A DNA stretch of 32,000 nt from NCBI GenBank assembly GCA_000002975.1, contig AF165818.4, positions 30,001 through 62,000 of the forward strand, read 5' to 3'. Shown in pieces: positions 28,962 to 32,000 of this stretch. The notes under the pieces are model-generated. The model made no database searches. It was given only the letters and a program-made list of their open reading frames with translations, and was not told the origin of the DNA. A program made the translations under genes and the position numbers. The first letter of the stretch is position 1. Each line of letters opens with the position of its first letter. The stretch is from Guillardia theta nucleomorph (lineage: Eukaryota > Protista > Cryptophyta).

Positions 28962-29723
28962 TTATGAATCTTCTACATTATTTACTAATAATTTGTAAAT
29001 ATTTACAAGATAATTAACATTCGTAATTTCGAGTGGTATAAATTTCATAAATGAAAAATCTTCGAGCAGTTTCAAGACAGAAAAATTTAGTTTTTTGTAA
29101 CTTTTCCCGTGTATAATGTTTAATTCAAAAAAAAAATCACTCATACATGGATTTAAATATTTATTGATTATTTCTTTTGGAAAGTTTTTTACATAATTTG
29201 CTTTACTTAGAATGTTATATTGAGTCTGATCATTAATAATCATACATATAAATGAAGTTAAAATTCCTCCAATATATTTACTAATATCAGATATAAATTG
29301 AGCATCCAATAAAAAAAATTTAAGTAGGCTTATTTCCAATTTTTTTTCTAATTCATAAATTAAATCATTCATATAGGAGTTGTTCATGATTATTTCAATC
29401 TGACCTGGAAAATCGAAAATTAAGAAATTAGTATTTCTGAAAAAACTAATTTCTTTGATAAGCCAATTAAGATTATCTAACAGGTATTCCATGCAGAATA
29501 ACAAAGAGCCATTTGGACCTAATCCCAATTCTTCTCCAACTTCATAGCATTTAATTAAATTTTTAATGTCTATTTCAGGTTCATATATTAGCTTTTCTGA
29601 AGCCGGGTCAAGATTTATAATAGCAACACTTTTTCTTTGAGATATAATTGTTTTTTTCAGCTCATTACAAAATGATGTTTTTCCTGAACCTGCAGGACCT
29701 ATTATAAATAATCCATTAACCAT
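28962..29723 (-). CDS. GPN-loop GTPase (GPN3-like), RNA polymerase assembly/import factor
   Basis: GPAGSGKT, NLDPA, LGPNG, DFPGQIE. Confidence 0.92.
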   Translation of the reverse strand: MVNGLFIIGPAGSGKTSFCNELKKTIISQRKSVAIINLDPASEKLIYEPEIDIKNLIKCYEVGEELGLGPNGSLLFCMEYLLDNLNWLIKEISFFRNTNFLIFDFPGQIEIIMNNSYMNDLIYELEKKLEISLLKFFLLDAQFISDISKYIGGILTSFICMIINDQTQYNILSKANYVKNFPKEIINKYLNPCMSDFFFELNIIHGKSYKKLNFSVLKLLEDFSFMKFIPLEITNVNYLVNIYKLLVNNVEDS

Positions 29724-29774
29724 ATAATTTAAAAATATTACTATTTTATAATGTTATTGTGAGATTCAGGATAT

Positions 29775-30101
29775 TTATATTTTTATAATTTGAATATTAG
29801 AGGGTTTTAATGGTACAAAAATGTTTGTTTTTTCGAATTTGTTTCTAAAGATATTGTCCACAAAAATTTTTTGTTGTTCTGGTTTTATTTGAATAACTTT
29901 GCCGGTTTTCCCCTTAAAATCTCCTCTTTTAACTTTTATTTCATAATTTTTTTTTAAGATAAGTGTTTTTTTTTTATGATATTTTTGCATTTCTTTGGAT
30001 AAATTAGTTTTAATAATATTAGAATTTTTTCTTTTTAAGTTCAAAAAACATCTTTTCCTGTTCTTCCTTCTTGAACAGGTAACGTGGTGTTTGTATTTCA
30101 T
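29775..30101 (-). CDS. rpl26: 60S ribosomal protein L26 (uL24), divergent and C-terminally shortened
   Basis: MKY...VTCSRRKNRKR, LSKEM, KOW-like VKRGDFKGKTGKVIQI, PSNIQI. Confidence 0.88.
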   Translation of the reverse strand: MKYKHHVTCSRRKNRKRCFLNLKRKNSNIIKTNLSKEMQKYHKKKTLILKKNYEIKVKRGDFKGKTGKVIQIKPEQQKIFVDNIFRNKFEKTNIFVPLKPSNIQIIKI

Positions 30102-30139
30102 TATATTATTGTCGGATTTGTAGTTCTTTATTTACTTAA

Positions 30140-30421
30140 ATGATAATTGAAAAAAGATACCGTAGAAAAATATATGAAGAATTATTCAAAGAAGGTGTTT
30201 ATATTGTAAAAGATGAAAGATTTAATTATAACTGTGAAAAATTCATAGCTTTAAAAATACTTAAAGGCCTCCTTTCAAAGGGTTTTGTCAATGAAATCTA
30301 TTCATGGAAGTATCATTATTTCGTTTTAAATCAAGAAGGACTCGAATATGTTAGAAAATTATTAAATTTACCTAATGGCGTAGTCCCAAATACCCATAAA
30401 ATTCCAAATGTATCTAATTAA
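30140..30421 (+). CDS. rps10: 40S ribosomal protein S10 (eS10), core domain only
   Basis: RRKIYEELFKEGV, LLSKGFVNEIYSWKYHYFVLNQEGLEYVRKLLNLPNGVVPNT. Confidence 0.92.
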   Translation: MIIEKRYRRKIYEELFKEGVYIVKDERFNYNCEKFIALKILKGLLSKGFVNEIYSWKYHYFVLNQEGLEYVRKLLNLPNGVVPNTHKIPNVSN

Positions 30422-30468
30422 AATAAATATTAAATAATAATATCAGTATCATAAATTTATTATTTATA

Positions 30469-31233
30469 ATGTGCTTACTTAATTTCATCAATGTCACCTA
30501 CTTAAGACAAAATCTAAATTTATACAACAAATCTCATTCCAAATATTATTTCAAAAAATTTAAGAAAAATTTTATAAGTTCGTTAAAACTAATGCAGACT
30601 GGTGCTCAAAATTACGATGGTGTTAGAATAGGACCACCGCCTGATTTACCATCTTTATTATTGCACAATAGAATCGTTTATTTAGGGATGCCATTGGTTC
30701 CTGCTGTGACTGAGTTGATTGTAGCTGAGTTTTTATATCTACAATATGAAAATTCAGAAAAACCCGTATACATGTATCTCAATTCTACCGGAACAAGCAA
30801 TCCTGATGGATCTTCAGCTGGTTTTGAAACTGAAGCGTTTGCAATAGCGGATACTATGAATTACATTAAACCACCAGTTCATACTATTTGCGTTGGCCAA
30901 GCGTTTGGAACATGTGCCATGTTATTATCATCAGGAGAACCTGGGCAAAGAGCAGCTTTACCAAATGCAACTATAATGATACACCAGCCAACTTCAAGAG
31001 CAAGAGGGCAAGCTTCTGATATCGCCATAAAAGCTAGAGAAGTTTTATATAACAGAAAACAATGTTTTGAAATACTAGCCGAAACATCCGGGCAATCCCT
31101 CGAAAAGGTTATGAAAGATGCAAGTAGAACTAAATATTTATCCCCAATGGAAGCAGTTGAATATGGAATTATCGATAGAATTTTAGATACTCAAAAGAAA
31201 AGTGATGGTAAACCAAGTTTCTTATTAATTTAG
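30469..31233 (+). CDS. clpR: Plastid Clp protease subunit, non-catalytic ClpR type
   Basis: PPPDLPSLLLHNRIVYLGMPL, a ClpR-type insertion (NSTGTSNPDGSSAGFETEAFAI), and GQAFGT in place of the catalytic G.AASM; N-terminal presequence. Confidence 0.88.
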   Translation: MCLLNFINVTYLRQNLNLYNKSHSKYYFKKFKKNFISSLKLMQTGAQNYDGVRIGPPPDLPSLLLHNRIVYLGMPLVPAVTELIVAEFLYLQYENSEKPVYMYLNSTGTSNPDGSSAGFETEAFAIADTMNYIKPPVHTICVGQAFGTCAMLLSSGEPGQRAALPNATIMIHQPTSRARGQASDIAIKAREVLYNRKQCFEILAETSGQSLEKVMKDASRTKYLSPMEAVEYGIIDRILDTQKKSDGKPSFLLI

Positions 31234-31252
31234 AATTAAATAAGTTTTTTCA

Positions 31253-31999
31253 TTAATATTTTTGAAAAAATCCAGCAATCATTCTTGAGGATGGATTAGT
31301 ATTTCGTTCTTTATTTAAAAACTCAAGAGATTTAGAGTTGGGAAAAAATCCAAACTTAGAAAACTCTATATTTCCAGAATCAATCAACGACAACATTTCA
31401 ATTAGATCTATAACTTTAATATTAGGTTTAACAGGTTGATCCGGATTGCGAACTTTCATTAATTCCCATGCATAATTAAAGTCTTCTAATGAAAAAAATA
31501 ATGGTGTAATTTCATCGTTTCCTCTATTAATTTTAACACTTTCGTTGTAAAATAAAGGTATTCCCCTAAATTTAGAAAATATGTTGATATTATTGATGAT
31601 ACCATTCGCATTTTTTATTTGTTTTTGATCTGGATAAAATTTAAATATCATTTTTAAATCCTGACCATAGTTATCTTTTAAACCACTAGAAGAGTTACCA
31701 GAAGAAACCATTTTATAAGCTTTATCAAATCCCATAATAGTTATTCGTGCATCCAATGACTGATGATTTTTCTTCATATTTTTAAGCAATTCAAGTGCAT
31801 CTTCGTGAGAAAAAAAAATTAAACCAATTTGATCACCATTGGAAGTATTAGCTAAATAAGGTTGCCCTGTTCCGTTTGTAACTGCAAATACAGGTATTTG
31901 AGTCATTTTTTGATGTAAATTTTTTTCACTATATTTGAACGCAGATGTTATTCTAGGAGAAAAAAAATTATTTTGAAAATCAAATAAAAAAAACGGAGA
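31253..31999 (-). CDS. tic22: Tic22 plastid envelope translocon component, 5'-truncated by the window edge
   Basis: IPVFAVTNGTGQPYL, FFSHEDA, GIPLF, TPLFFSLED. The frame stays open for 31 codons upstream of ATG 31906 to the window end (SPFFLFDFQNNFFSPRITSAFKYSEKNLHQK). Confidence 0.92.
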   Translation of the reverse strand, partial: SPFFLFDFQNNFFSPRITSAFKYSEKNLHQKMTQIPVFAVTNGTGQPYLANTSNGDQIGLIFFSHEDALELLKNMKKNHQSLDARITIMGFDKAYKMVSSGNSSSGLKDNYGQDLKMIFKFYPDQKQIKNANGIINNINIFSKFRGIPLFYNESVKINRGNDEITPLFFSLEDFNYAWELMKVRNPDQPVKPNIKVIDLIEMLSLIDSGNIEFSKFGFFPNSKSLEFLNKERNTNPSSRMIAGFFQKY

Positions 32000-32000
32000 T

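Noticed and set aside
1-32000. Bacterial origin, horizontal transfer or chimeric assembly (rpoD, gyrA, clpR, tic22 beside histones)
   Set aside because: Uniform composition and spacing plus N-terminal presequences fit plastid-targeted genes of endosymbiotic origin in a nucleomorph.
1-32000. tRNA, rRNA, CRISPR arrays, transposons, telomeric repeats
   Set aside because: None seen; no intergenic T-loop/cloverleaf or periodic repeats by eye. A tRNAscan-SE/Rfam run would confirm.

Overview
This is an extremely AT-rich, wall-to-wall gene-dense eukaryotic segment with mostly <100 bp between genes and no confidently spliceable intron. It mixes eukaryotic housekeeping genes (rpb2, histones H3/H4, eIF5A, CCT-delta, CRM1, PP1, GPN3, rpl23, rpl26, rps10, Der1) with cyanobacterial-type genes carrying N-terminal extensions, presumably plastid-targeted (rpoD, KEA antiporter, gyrA, ClpR, tic22, a MET1-like PDZ protein). 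That combination is the signature of a cryptophyte nucleomorph, the relic red-algal nucleus; Guillardia theta is plausible but cannot be confirmed from the sequence alone. Both ends cut genes (rpoD and tic22). Beyond the ORF track, the two longest intergenic gaps each hold an RNA gene: a U14-type C/D snoRNA (2836-2928) and a miniaturised U4 snRNA candidate (27331-27420). There is also a possible fossil 48-nt intron upstream of rpl23 whose decayed 3' splice site forms the current start codon. Several apparent ORFans look like eroded known families: a CpcT/CpeT-like bilin lyase, a motif-dead MCM, a possible motif-dead Rad51 paralogue, a TFIIIC subunit-6 domain, a stand-alone triple HA-repeat protein, a minimal NAC-alpha and a Hac1-like bZIP. 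All family calls come from motif recognition by eye, not database searches.
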